Program-made: the position numbers and the translations under genes | The notes under the pieces: generated by a model | Told to the model about the DNA's origin: nothing | Databases searched by the model: none | Seen by the model: the letters and a program-made list of their open reading frames with translations, nothing else | Shown: positions 55,239 through 64,000 of the stretch, in pieces | Layout: the number at the start of each line of letters is the position of its first letter | How positions within the stretch are numbered: position 1 is the first letter of the stretch | DNA from: Candidatus Methanosuratincola verstraetei | Lineage (GTDB): Archaea > Thermoproteota > Methanomethylicia > Methanomethylicales > Methanomethylicaceae | DNA length: 64,000 nucleotides | Direction: 5' to 3' | Assembly (NCBI GenBank): GCA_049570475.1 | Contig: CP186953.1 | Span: forward strand, 1,152,001 to 1,216,000

Positions 55239-55852
55239 GCCGATTGTACTCAATTGATGAAGGGCGATATCTGGTAAAGCTGGCAAGGCGTGCGGTCGAG
55301 GAGTATATCTCCACAGGCACGAAGATAAGGCCGACAGACGTGCCCGACCAAAAGCTGCTCGAAAAGTCTGGCGTATTCGTAACGCTGGAAAAAGTCACCC
55401 CTGCAGGTCGCTCGCTTAGGGGCTGCATCGGCTACCCCGTACCGCACCTCCCGCTTGTGGAGGCGACGGTTGACTCGGCGATCAGTGCGGCATTCAACGA
55501 CCCGAGGTTCCCTCCTGTTGAGCGACGGGAACTCGACTCGATAGTCTTCGAGGTAAGCATATTGACCCCTCCCGTCCAGGTCAAGGTATCCTCCCCGAAG
55601 GAACTTCCATCAAGCATAAAGGTCGGGAGGGACGGGCTGATCGTGGAGAACGGGTACTACAGGGGGCTGTTGCTGCCGCAGGTCCCTGTGGAGTATGGCT
55701 GGGACGAGGAGACCTTCCTCGCCGAGTGCTGCATGAAGGCTGGTCTCCCGCCGGACGCTTGGCTGTCCAGAAAGACTTTTGTCTACAGATTCACAGCAGA
55801 GATCTTCACAGAGTCGTCGCCCAACGGCGAGGTAGTCCAGAAGTCCCTATAG
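55235..55852 (+). CDS. AMMECR1-domain protein
   Basis: GVFVTL, LRGCIG, AAFNDPRF, EVSILT, GLLLPQV, CMKAGL. Confidence 0.93.
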   Translation: MSRLYSIDEGRYLVKLARRAVEEYISTGTKIRPTDVPDQKLLEKSGVFVTLEKVTPAGRSLRGCIGYPVPHLPLVEATVDSAISAAFNDPRFPPVERRELDSIVFEVSILTPPVQVKVSSPKELPSSIKVGRDGLIVENGYYRGLLLPQVPVEYGWDEETFLAECCMKAGLPPDAWLSRKTFVYRFTAEIFTESSPNGEVVQKSL

Positions 55853-55863
55853 GTCGCCTGCCC

Positions 55864-57057
55864 ATGAGAGTCTACTTTGCGCCCTGCGGGATCGCACTCG
55901 GGCATGCAGGTAGGTGCATCCCCGTTGCGAAGGCGCTGAGGTCCATTGGGGACGAGATCTTCTTCTCTACATACGGAGAGGCAGTCCAGTTCGTCAAGAA
56001 AGCGTCATTCCCTGTCGGCGTGGTGCCCCCCATCAGGGTATTCGAGAAAGAGGACGGGGAATTCGACTTCCGCAGGACGCTCTCGATCGGACCGAAGAAC
56101 CTGTACACATTCGCATTGCAGGTAGGCGCAGAGCTCTCGCTGATTGAGCATTTCAAGCCGGACGTGGTCGTGTCGGACAGCCGCCTCTCAACGGTCTTGG
56201 CCTCGAGGATGAGGAGGATCGTTTCGGTGCTGATCCTGCACCAGCTCAGAATCATGATACCCCACAAGAGACCAATCGTGCGCAAGTCGAAGCTCAGGGT
56301 GAAGGCAAATGTGGAGCGCCTCGGTCTCGAGATCCTCGGGAGCCTCTGGAAGATGAGCCGGGTGATCGTCGTGCCTGATTTCCCCCCTCCCTACACCATC
56401 GCTAAGGCGAATGTGGTGCCATCTAACCAATACATCGAGAAGCTAAGGCTTGTCGGGCCAGTGATCCCCAAGCACCCCGATGATCTGCCGGAACAGGAGG
56501 AGCTGAAGCGTTCCCTAGGGTTCGACGACCGCCCACTCATATTTGCTGCGATAAGCGGTACCAAGGCCGAGAAGCTGATGATCACCAAGACGATCTCAGA
56601 GATCTTTCGGGGGTTCCCTGACCGATACAACATCGTCCTCTCCAGAGGGCTCTCCGATGTGCCAAACACCGAGACGAAGTTGAACGGAGGGCGCCTCCGT
56701 ATATACAACTGGGTCGATGACCGCTACAAGTACCTGAAGGCATGCGACCTGCTAGTCACAAGGGGAGGGCACAACACCGTCGGCGAGGCCATATACTACG
56801 GGAAGCCCATGGTCGTAATCCCGACTATCGCGCACTCAGAGCACCAGGGGATAGCGGAGTCCGTTGAGAAGATGGAGATCGGCAGGAAGATCCAGCAGTA
56901 CGATCTGAGCAAGGAGACGCTCTGCCGTGCAGTAGATGAGGTCATGAACTCAGAGTCCTGCTTGAGGAGCGTCAGGGCCGCCCAGCGGTTTGCGAGGCGC
57001 TTCAACGCAATAGACTCGATTGTAAAAATCACCCGGGAAGTGGCTGGAAAGGGCTGA
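55864..57057 (+). CDS. GT-B glycosyltransferase (GT28/MurG-like)
   Basis: GIALGHAGR, PDVVVSD, VTRGGHNTVGEA..YGKP..IP...EH. Confidence 0.85.
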   Translation: MRVYFAPCGIALGHAGRCIPVAKALRSIGDEIFFSTYGEAVQFVKKASFPVGVVPPIRVFEKEDGEFDFRRTLSIGPKNLYTFALQVGAELSLIEHFKPDVVVSDSRLSTVLASRMRRIVSVLILHQLRIMIPHKRPIVRKSKLRVKANVERLGLEILGSLWKMSRVIVVPDFPPPYTIAKANVVPSNQYIEKLRLVGPVIPKHPDDLPEQEELKRSLGFDDRPLIFAAISGTKAEKLMITKTISEIFRGFPDRYNIVLSRGLSDVPNTETKLNGGRLRIYNWVDDRYKYLKACDLLVTRGGHNTVGEAIYYGKPMVVIPTIAHSEHQGIAESVEKMEIGRKIQQYDLSKETLCRAVDEVMNSESCLRSVRAAQRFARRFNAIDSIVKITREVAGKG

Positions 57058-57160
57058 CACGTACTTGCAATGCAAGCCGCTCTGATTTTAGCCGCCTTGG
57101 CGTTAGGCGCAAGCCTTCAGTTCAAGCTCTATATGGGCTGTGCAAAAAAGGGAGGATTTT

Positions 57161-57409
57161 CTAGATGGATATGAGGGTCGCGCTTCTGAGCAGCCCTTCG
57201 ATCCTCCTGATCTCCTCGACCCTCTTGCTGAGCTCCTTTACATCAGTGGTCTGTATCTTGACGATTATGTCATACTCGCCAAATACGACCGTCCCCTCAA
57301 CTACGCCTTTGATTCCGAGGCACTTCTCGAGGACCTCCCTCTCCTTGCCGATCTGGCAGACCCCCAAAACATAGGCTGTGAAAACCAAAATTATTCCTCC
57401 AATATGCAC
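57161..57409 (-). CDS. Stand-alone Lrp/AsnC ligand-binding (RAM) domain protein
   Basis: AYVL, VFGEYDIIVKI, IRRIEG..RSATLI; no HTH. Confidence 0.82.
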   Translation of the reverse strand: MHIGGIILVFTAYVLGVCQIGKEREVLEKCLGIKGVVEGTVVFGEYDIIVKIQTTDVKELSKRVEEIRRIEGLLRSATLISI

Positions 57410-57503
57410 TTATTATTCTACATTTTACCTTTTATAAAGGTTGGGCATTTATTTTGAAGGTTTGCCACCAATGCTTATCTGGATGGAGCCCGATTGTGAT
57501 TTT

Positions 57504-58646
57504 ATGATCCTGCCTGCCTTGGTCGCACTCCTGCTCGTGCAGGGATCTGGATCGGTCTACTCCTACAACCTGTCGATCACGGTAGTGAATGGAGGGGCAG
57601 CCATTGACTGCGCAGATGAGTACAGCCCATGCCACGCGCTCCTCAACCAGAACATTTTCAAGAACAGCTCGGGACAGACGGCAGTAATCGAGTCGGTGAC
57701 GATGAATGGGGCCGACGTGCCTTGGGAGATAAAAACGGACCCGGACGGCAACCCAGTGATAAAGATAATTGCTGCCGACCCGATCCTGCCGAACCGGAAC
57801 GCGACCGTAGTGATGCGATTCAGGATCAACATAGACCGGAGCCCGCCCGAGGTCGATCCAGCCCTCTCCGGGACGCTCGCTGAAATCCCCCCGCAGCTCA
57901 AGGCGATGTACCCTCTCACCGGGATCTGGGATCCATCTGGTCTTGAGGACCCCGATGAAGTCTTCGGGCTAGCCGAATCGATCAGGGCCGGGGAGGATAA
58001 CGTTCTCCTGATCCTGCGCAACCTTATGATCTGGTTCGAGGAGAACATGGTCTACTCATACAACAACACGACTCCCCAGACAGTCTGGAAAACCTATAAA
58101 GGGCTCAGCGGCGACTGCGACGACCAGGCGAACCTTTTCGTCCTGTTCTGCAGGATCTACGGCATACCTGCCTACACTGCAATCGGTCCGATATACATGC
58201 CCGGCGAGGAGCGATCGGATTCGGACCACAACCTCCATTTCCACACAAAGGATGTGGGATGGCATGGCTGGGCAATGGTCTACGTGCCGAGTCGGGTGGG
58301 AGACGGCAACTGGGTTCCAGTGGACCTCACATACTTCCAAGGAGGAGTGCAGAGGGGCGGGCACATTGTCAGCGCGGACTGGAGGCAGCACATCCTCGGC
58401 GCCGCACTCTACTGGAGGGACACTGCCGTCTTCATAGAGTACAAAAACTACGACCACATTTCGGAATACGCCCGAATGAGGGACGCGATTATCAGCTCTG
58501 ACTGCCTGTGGGTGGAGTCACATCAAATGTCCCCTGTAGTCGGTCCTGCTTACGCGGAATTTTTATCCCCGCCCATCCTGGTTGCTCTCGTTGCGTCGGC
58601 TGCATTGCTCGCGTTCTCGGCATGGATTCTGTGGAGGCGCCGGTAG
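57504..58646 (+). CDS. Secreted, C-terminally anchored transglutaminase-like cysteine protease
   Basis: Signal peptide; GDCDDQANLF..FCR..GIPA, HGWA and WVPVD catalytic triad; TM helix plus RRR. Confidence 0.85.
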   Translation: MILPALVALLLVQGSGSVYSYNLSITVVNGGAAIDCADEYSPCHALLNQNIFKNSSGQTAVIESVTMNGADVPWEIKTDPDGNPVIKIIAADPILPNRNATVVMRFRINIDRSPPEVDPALSGTLAEIPPQLKAMYPLTGIWDPSGLEDPDEVFGLAESIRAGEDNVLLILRNLMIWFEENMVYSYNNTTPQTVWKTYKGLSGDCDDQANLFVLFCRIYGIPAYTAIGPIYMPGEERSDSDHNLHFHTKDVGWHGWAMVYVPSRVGDGNWVPVDLTYFQGGVQRGGHIVSADWRQHILGAALYWRDTAVFIEYKNYDHISEYARMRDAIISSDCLWVESHQMSPVVGPAYAEFLSPPILVALVASAALLAFSAWILWRRR

Positions 58647-58721
58647 GGCTGATGTGGTTGGGCAACCGATCCTCAGGTGCCCATGGAAATCCTTTTCTAC
58701 CATACAGCAAGAGTATTAAGC

Positions 58722-59261
58722 ATGGAATCCCCGGAGAACAGAAAGAAGGATCTTTGCGAATTTTACCACCGGCTCCTCTGCCCGAGGGTAGCTGCGCTCG
58801 TGGTTGCGCTCAGGGAAGACGGCAAGCCGAACGTGATGCCGGTTGCCTGGCACACCCCCGTTTCAGTCAGGCCCCCGATCTTGGCGGTTTGCATCTCCCC
58901 ATCCAGGTACACCCACTCACTGATCCTGAAGAACAAAGAGTTCACGGTCAACATTCCCGACCTCTCGATGAAGGATGCCGTCGAGATAACAGGCTCAAAG
59001 TCCGGAAAGGTCTTCGACAAGTCGTCGATCTTCAAGTTCACCCCTGCCACCAAGGTAAATACGCCTTTGATAGAAGGCGCCTTAGCGAGCATAGAGTGCG
59101 AGCTGAACCAGGCGATTGACATCGGCGACCATTCAGTGGTTTTCGGAAACGTCGTTGCCTGCCAAGCATCTGGATTCCGCGAGGTCTGGAAGGGCACCTC
59201 CCCGCTTCTGCATCTCGGATCAAACTTCTACACTGTGATTAAGGAAGGCTTCTTGAGGTAA
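58722..59261 (+). CDS. Flavin reductase-like FMN-binding protein
   Basis: PNVMPVAW, RYTH..I....EFTVN, G.KSG...DK, ECE, GDH. Confidence 0.88.
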   Translation: MESPENRKKDLCEFYHRLLCPRVAALVVALREDGKPNVMPVAWHTPVSVRPPILAVCISPSRYTHSLILKNKEFTVNIPDLSMKDAVEITGSKSGKVFDKSSIFKFTPATKVNTPLIEGALASIECELNQAIDIGDHSVVFGNVVACQASGFREVWKGTSPLLHLGSNFYTVIKEGFLR

Positions 59262-59336
59262 AGTGTTTGAATCTGCTTAAGCTTTATCTGCTTGGACCTT
59301 CTACCGTTTCACATCTGTTTGGAAGGTGATCCATTT

Positions 59337-60056
59337 TTGTCCGAAAGGGAAACCGAGGATCTAGCAGAACTCAAGCGATCCTTGGAGGAGAAAGTCTCCA
59401 AGCTCGAGAAGGAGCTGGCTCTCTGCAGAATCAACCTCAGACTGATCGACGAGGCTCTTGCGAAGGTGAGCTTCAGACCAGCAAGCAGGCTGGTGGAGGC
59501 AGCTCCGAAGGAGGAGTACCCGCAAGTGCAAGCAGCGGCTATGAAGCCAGCCGCACAAGAGCGCCCCGCCGCCACTGCCACTGCCCGTCCCCCGGAACCG
59601 GCACAGGCAGCCGCCCCACCGGCACCGGCGGCTGAGCCCATAACCGGCACCGGCGCGGCAAGGCCGCAGCCAGCCAAGGAACCTGAACATGGGTTCGAGG
59701 AGGAGCAGCCTTTCCCAATAAAGTCCAAGACTGGGGAGGATCTGGGGACCATATTCGTTGGGAGGTCCTGGGTCAGGATCGTCCCTGCGCCGGATCTCCA
59801 CTTGAATGTGAGGACCCCGCCGTTCCAAACTTTCTTCATTGACAGGGTGTTGGGAGAGATGAGAAGGAAGGACGAGATGGCTGTCGACGCAGGATCCAAG
59901 GATCCGATGTCGATAATAGAGCACAACCTTGTCCTCGACGGCGAGACGCTTAGGGAGATCAGGATCAGCAACCTTGACGACGACTCGCGTCTCCGGGAGA
60001 TACGGAGCTCGATAAGGTGGACATTCGAGCGGATGCTTGAGAAGACGAAGGGCTGA
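59337..60056 (+). CDS. Hypothetical protein: coiled coil, Ala/Pro linker and globular C-domain
   Basis: GGTGA SD before TTG 59337; tripartite architecture visible in the translation. Confidence 0.7.
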   Translation: MSERETEDLAELKRSLEEKVSKLEKELALCRINLRLIDEALAKVSFRPASRLVEAAPKEEYPQVQAAAMKPAAQERPAATATARPPEPAQAAAPPAPAAEPITGTGAARPQPAKEPEHGFEEEQPFPIKSKTGEDLGTIFVGRSWVRIVPAPDLHLNVRTPPFQTFFIDRVLGEMRRKDEMAVDAGSKDPMSIIEHNLVLDGETLREIRISNLDDDSRLREIRSSIRWTFERMLEKTKG

Positions 60057-60070
60057 GCTGAATCAGGCGC

Positions 60071-60748
60071 TCAACCCCTCCTGACGATCTCGACGACTTC
60101 TGGCAGCCCATCCACTATGTAATCCGGAGAGTGCGCCCTGAGCTCTTCCTCGGTCCTAACCCCGGTGGTTATCGCCGCGACCTTGACGCCGAGCTCCTTG
60201 GCTGGCTTGATGTCCATCTCGCTGTCCCCGACGACTAAAGCCTCGTTCGCGGATACGCCGAGGAGCTCAAGCACCCTCCGCAGATGGCACGGGCTTGGTT
60301 TGGGGTTCTCTACCTGGTCCCTCGAAACAACCGCGTCGAAGTAGCCCTCGACACCTAGCCTTTCCAACGCTAACCTGACTGCCTTTGAATTGTTGTAGGT
60401 GAATACCGCGAGCCTTAACCCCATCGATTTCAGCTCGGACAAAGCCTCCTTTGCCCCTGGGAGGAGCCTCGTCGTCTTGGCGGCCTCGACCTCATGCTCA
60501 ACAGCCATCCCCTCAGCTGCCCTCAGGATCTCGAGGATCTCGTCCCTGCTCATACCCTTCAAAGAGAAGTGCCTCTCGACCTCTTCCTTGATCTTGGAAA
60601 ATGGGAGGGCTGGCGATAATGCTCCGCTCGGGAACCCATTCTCCTCGAAGTACTCTATGATCTCGGACTTGATCTTCCTGCTGTCGATGTTGAAATTGAC
60701 GAGCACGCCGTCCATGTCGAAGATCACTGCCCTCATTACAAACCGCAC
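60071..60748 (-). CDS. HAD-superfamily hydrolase (phosphoglycolate phosphatase-like)
   Basis: FDMDGVL, KPSP, VGDS..D. Confidence 0.9.
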   Translation of the reverse strand: MRFVMRAVIFDMDGVLVNFNIDSRKIKSEIIEYFEENGFPSGALSPALPFSKIKEEVERHFSLKGMSRDEILEILRAAEGMAVEHEVEAAKTTRLLPGAKEALSELKSMGLRLAVFTYNNSKAVRLALERLGVEGYFDAVVSRDQVENPKPSPCHLRRVLELLGVSANEALVVGDSEMDIKPAKELGVKVAAITTGVRTEEELRAHSPDYIVDGLPEVVEIVRRG

Positions 60749-60835
60749 CTCGGGAAGAGCACAGACTGATTGAATAAGTACATAAAGAGTTGCCGGTTAT
60801 TAATTACTGCTGATCTTGGCAGGTGCTTGACCCTT

Positions 60836-62626
60836 ATGCCTTTGCTCTACGCCGATCTGGTGGATGTATATGACAGACTCAGCGCCACCACGAAGCGCTT
60901 GGAGATGACCGAGATCCTGGTCGATTTCTTCAAGCGCTGCCCGAGCGACTTGATCGACAAGGCCGTCTACCTCACGCAGGGCAGGCTCTACCCCGAGTTC
61001 ATACCGCTCGAGCTGGGGGTGGCAGACCGCCTGATAATACGCAGCATATCGCAGGCGGTAGCAGCGGCCGAGTCTGATGTCACTTCGCTCTACAAGAAGC
61101 TCGGCGACCTGGGAAAGGTTGCCGAAAGCCTGCTCTCAAGGGGGAAGAAGCAGGTCACGCTCCAATTCTTCTCCGGGGATCATTCAAAGGAGAAGGTTAC
61201 CGTGGAGAAGGTCTACAGCGTGCTTGACCGAATAGCGAGGTCCCAGGGCGAGGGATCCCAGGAGGAGAAGCTCCGCCTCCTCTCCGACCTTCTGAGGGAC
61301 GCCTCGCCAAGGGAAGCCCTTTACATAGTAAGGACCGTCTCTGGGGCGATGCGCCTTGGCGTTGCGGACATGACGATACTCGACGCGCTCTCAATCGCGT
61401 TCACAGGATCCAAGGATGCCAGGGAAGTGATCGAGCGTGCATACAACCTCACCAGCGACCTTGGGGCAATAGCCAAATCACTCGCAACCGGGGGGCTTGC
61501 CGCACTGGCTCAAACGAAACCCGTTCCCGGGAGGCCGATAAGGCCGATGCTTGCCGAGCGCCTCTCGGCACCCGAGGAGATCTTGGAGAAGATGGGAGGC
61601 AGGTGCGCGGTCGAGTACAAGTACGACGGGGAGAGGGTCCAGATACACCGTGGTGAAGAGGGCAAGGTGAATCTCTTCTCGCGGCGGCTCGAGAACATCA
61701 ACGGGCACTACCCTGATGTCGCTGAGCTTGCCTCGAGGAGCGTCTCCTCCAAGACCTTCATCGTGGAGGGGGAGATCGTCGCAGTGGACCCCTCGACAGG
61801 TGAGATGCTCCCGTTCCAGGAGCTGATGCATCGGAGGAGGAAATACGGCGTCGAGGAGGCAATGCAGGCATACCCTGCAGCGCTCAGGCTCTTCGATGCC
61901 CTTTATGTTGACGGCAGGGATTTGACCCTCGAGCCTTACCCTGTGAGGCGCGGGGTTCTGAGAGAAATAACGAAGGAGAGCGAGAGGATCTCGTTGGCGA
62001 CGCAAAGAGTCGTCGACAACCCCCGATCCTTGGAAGAGTTCTTCGAGGAGGCGATCAGCGAGGGGTGCGAGGGTCTTGTGGCGAAGTCGTTGGACGGGTC
62101 CTCCATATACAAGGCAGGGGCTAGGGGGTGGCTCTGGATAAAGTACAAGCGCGACTACAGGAGCGAGATGCAAGATTCGGTGGACCTGGTGGCCGTCGGG
62201 GCCTACTGGGGCACCGGGAGGAGGGCCGGAAAAATAGGCACACTCCTCCTTGCGGCCTACGACCCTGCGGAGGACATGTTCAGGACGGTATGCAAGTGCA
62301 GCACTGGTTTCAGCGACGAGGAGATCCAGAACATGCGGTCGATCTTTGAGAAAAGCATGATAACCCACAAGCACGCCAGGGTGGACTCGAAGCTGATCCC
62401 TGACATATGGCTGACCCCTTCGAAGGTGCTCGAGGTCAGGGGCGCAGAGATAACCCTCTCACCCATCCACACATGCGGCATGGGAACCATCCGGGAGGGG
62501 TCGGGGCTCGCGATCAGGTTCCCTAGATTCACCGGAAGATGGAGGGACGAGAAGAGCCCAGAGGATGCCACGACCGTCCAGGAGATAGTCGAGATGTACA
62601 GGCGGCAGCTGAAGAAGGTCGAGTGA
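60836..62626 (+). CDS. lig: ATP-dependent DNA ligase
   Basis: PMLAE, EYKYDGERVQIH, EGEIV, EGLVAK, WIKYKRDY, IRFPRF..WR.EK. Confidence 0.96.
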   Translation: MPLLYADLVDVYDRLSATTKRLEMTEILVDFFKRCPSDLIDKAVYLTQGRLYPEFIPLELGVADRLIIRSISQAVAAAESDVTSLYKKLGDLGKVAESLLSRGKKQVTLQFFSGDHSKEKVTVEKVYSVLDRIARSQGEGSQEEKLRLLSDLLRDASPREALYIVRTVSGAMRLGVADMTILDALSIAFTGSKDAREVIERAYNLTSDLGAIAKSLATGGLAALAQTKPVPGRPIRPMLAERLSAPEEILEKMGGRCAVEYKYDGERVQIHRGEEGKVNLFSRRLENINGHYPDVAELASRSVSSKTFIVEGEIVAVDPSTGEMLPFQELMHRRRKYGVEEAMQAYPAALRLFDALYVDGRDLTLEPYPVRRGVLREITKESERISLATQRVVDNPRSLEEFFEEAISEGCEGLVAKSLDGSSIYKAGARGWLWIKYKRDYRSEMQDSVDLVAVGAYWGTGRRAGKIGTLLLAAYDPAEDMFRTVCKCSTGFSDEEIQNMRSIFEKSMITHKHARVDSKLIPDIWLTPSKVLEVRGAEITLSPIHTCGMGTIREGSGLAIRFPRFTGRWRDEKSPEDATTVQEIVEMYRRQLKKVE

Positions 62627-62788
62627 TCCGCCCCGGGGCTGCCTGGGGGAGGGGGCAATCCGATGCAACCGCGAATGCATAACTTAATATATGGGGTTGG
62701 TTTTCATTCGAACAGGGATTGCCGAAGGAACTGAATTTTTTCAGCTTCTTTTGCGCGCCCAAGGAAAGGAAAGAAAGGAGGGAAGCAT

Positions 62789-63040
62789 GTGGGATACTAC
62801 CGTGAAGGCGCACGGAGATTCGGAGGTCCGAGACGCGGTCCAGCCAACTTCGGCCCCAAGCCTGTAGAAGAGGGCAAGGAATACGAAGTGGACATCAAGG
62901 AAGTCAGCAGGCGCGGCGAGGGAATCGCTCGCATAGAGGGCTTTGTAGTGTTCGTCCCGAACACCAAGGCAGGCGACCATGTCAAGATCAAGATCTCGAA
63001 GATCTCAAACCGTTTCGCAACAGCTGAAGTCGTACAGTAA
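62789..63040 (+). CDS. Stand-alone TRAM-domain RNA chaperone
   Basis: PVEEGKEYEV.I....RRGEGIARIEGFVVFVP.T..GD.V.I.I......FA.AE; RG-rich N-terminus. Confidence 0.9.
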   Translation: MGYYREGARRFGGPRRGPANFGPKPVEEGKEYEVDIKEVSRRGEGIARIEGFVVFVPNTKAGDHVKIKISKISNRFATAEVVQ

Positions 63041-63188
63041 GTAGTTTGATTGCATCCAGGAATGCAATCATTTTTTCTTTTTTATCATTTTCAAGGCCGC
63101 CCAGTCCGGTTTTTAGACCGCTTTTTTCTTCCACTGCATGCCATTCAACTAGCCGATCGTTTTTCCAGATCGAGTTTTTAACGGACTT

Positions 63189-63977
63189 TTGACCTTTTAT
63201 CTTCAGGTGGTGCTTCTTCAAGTGATCAATTATCCGTTCGGCAAGCTCGAGTTGGGTGAGGGGCTGGCGTTGACCCTGAACGGTATGCCGCTAAAGGGCG
63301 AACCGAGGCTGCTCCGGGACCTGAAGCCAGTGCTGAGGAACCCTGCTTTCGTGAACGATCAGAATTCTGGCAAGGTGCTGTACATGATGTACCGGTCTGT
63401 CGTCGCAGATCCGATGCACAGCGAGACTTTCAGGATGCACTCAGTGAGGTTCGACCTCACCGTGATGGACTACTGCCTCCTGGACAGGGAACCAAACAAG
63501 ACACTTGGTCACATACACCCCGAGGCCATGCCCGGTCTCTCTTACCCCGAGCTGTACCAGGTGCTCAACGGGAGGGCGGTCTACCTCCTCCAGAGGCTCC
63601 AGCGCGGAAGTGCGCAGGTGTCCGATTTCCTCGTCGTCGAAGCAGGTCCCGGGGATGCGGTGCTGATACCGCCGAACTACGGCCATGTGACGGTTAACGT
63701 GGGGGGGTGCCCCCTGGTCATGGCAAACTTGGTCTCAAACCGATTCTCATCGGACTACGGACCCTACAAGGAGCTCCGCGGCGCCTCGTACTACCTGTTG
63801 GAGAATGGCGAACTTGAGCCGAACCCGAACTACCCTGCCCCGCCAAAGCCGACCCGGTCCGATGCCAAGTACCCGGTTTCGAAGGACATTTACACTGACT
63901 TCATATGCTGCCCGAAGAGCTACTCCTTCCTGAACGACCCGACCAGGATAGGAGCAAGGTACTGCAAGGGGCAATGA
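63189..63977 (+). CDS. Cupin-type glucose-6-phosphate isomerase
   Basis: LYMMYR, RFDLTV, KTLGHIH, YPELY.V..G, IPPNYGH.T.N; start may be GTG ~63222. Confidence 0.85.
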   Translation: MTFYLQVVLLQVINYPFGKLELGEGLALTLNGMPLKGEPRLLRDLKPVLRNPAFVNDQNSGKVLYMMYRSVVADPMHSETFRMHSVRFDLTVMDYCLLDREPNKTLGHIHPEAMPGLSYPELYQVLNGRAVYLLQRLQRGSAQVSDFLVVEAGPGDAVLIPPNYGHVTVNVGGCPLVMANLVSNRFSSDYGPYKELRGASYYLLENGELEPNPNYPAPPKPTRSDAKYPVSKDIYTDFICCPKSYSFLNDPTRIGARYCKGQ

Positions 63978-64000
63978 GCCTGTCGGTTATAGTCAGACCT

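Overview
This is an archaeal chromosome segment, densely coding and mostly housekeeping. rpS26e, Alba, GatDE, an Sm gene near archaeal MAT and a short PurA point to a TACK archaeon; CofE, HypB and a tungsten AOR suggest an anaerobe. Ca. Methanomethylicia/Verstraetearchaeota is a plausible guess but is inference only. Bases 1-13.4 kb hold a complete type IV pilus locus: two T2SSF membrane proteins, an assembly ATPase, a prepilin peptidase, three pilins and a ~2100-aa pilin carrying 17 SdrD/Cna-B-like repeats. The rest covers purine/pyrimidine synthesis, translation and RNA modification, a biotin-dependent acyl-CoA carboxylase with a family III CoA-transferase and BirA, a SufCB pair, a class I fumarase, a CBS/Mut7-C/AMMECR1 cluster, DNA ligase and a cupin PGI. 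I found no rRNA, tRNA, CRISPR array or mobile element. There are three standout observations. (1) purA is interrupted inside its GDEGKGK P-loop by a 28-nt insert that folds as a bulge-helix-bulge motif; cutting at the canonical endonuclease sites restores the frame exactly, so this is a candidate archaeal pre-mRNA intron outside cbf5. (2) A tungsten aldehyde:ferredoxin oxidoreductase is fused in frame to a hexulose-6-phosphate synthase, suggesting a formaldehyde-channelling enzyme. (3) The giant repeat pilin/adhesin.
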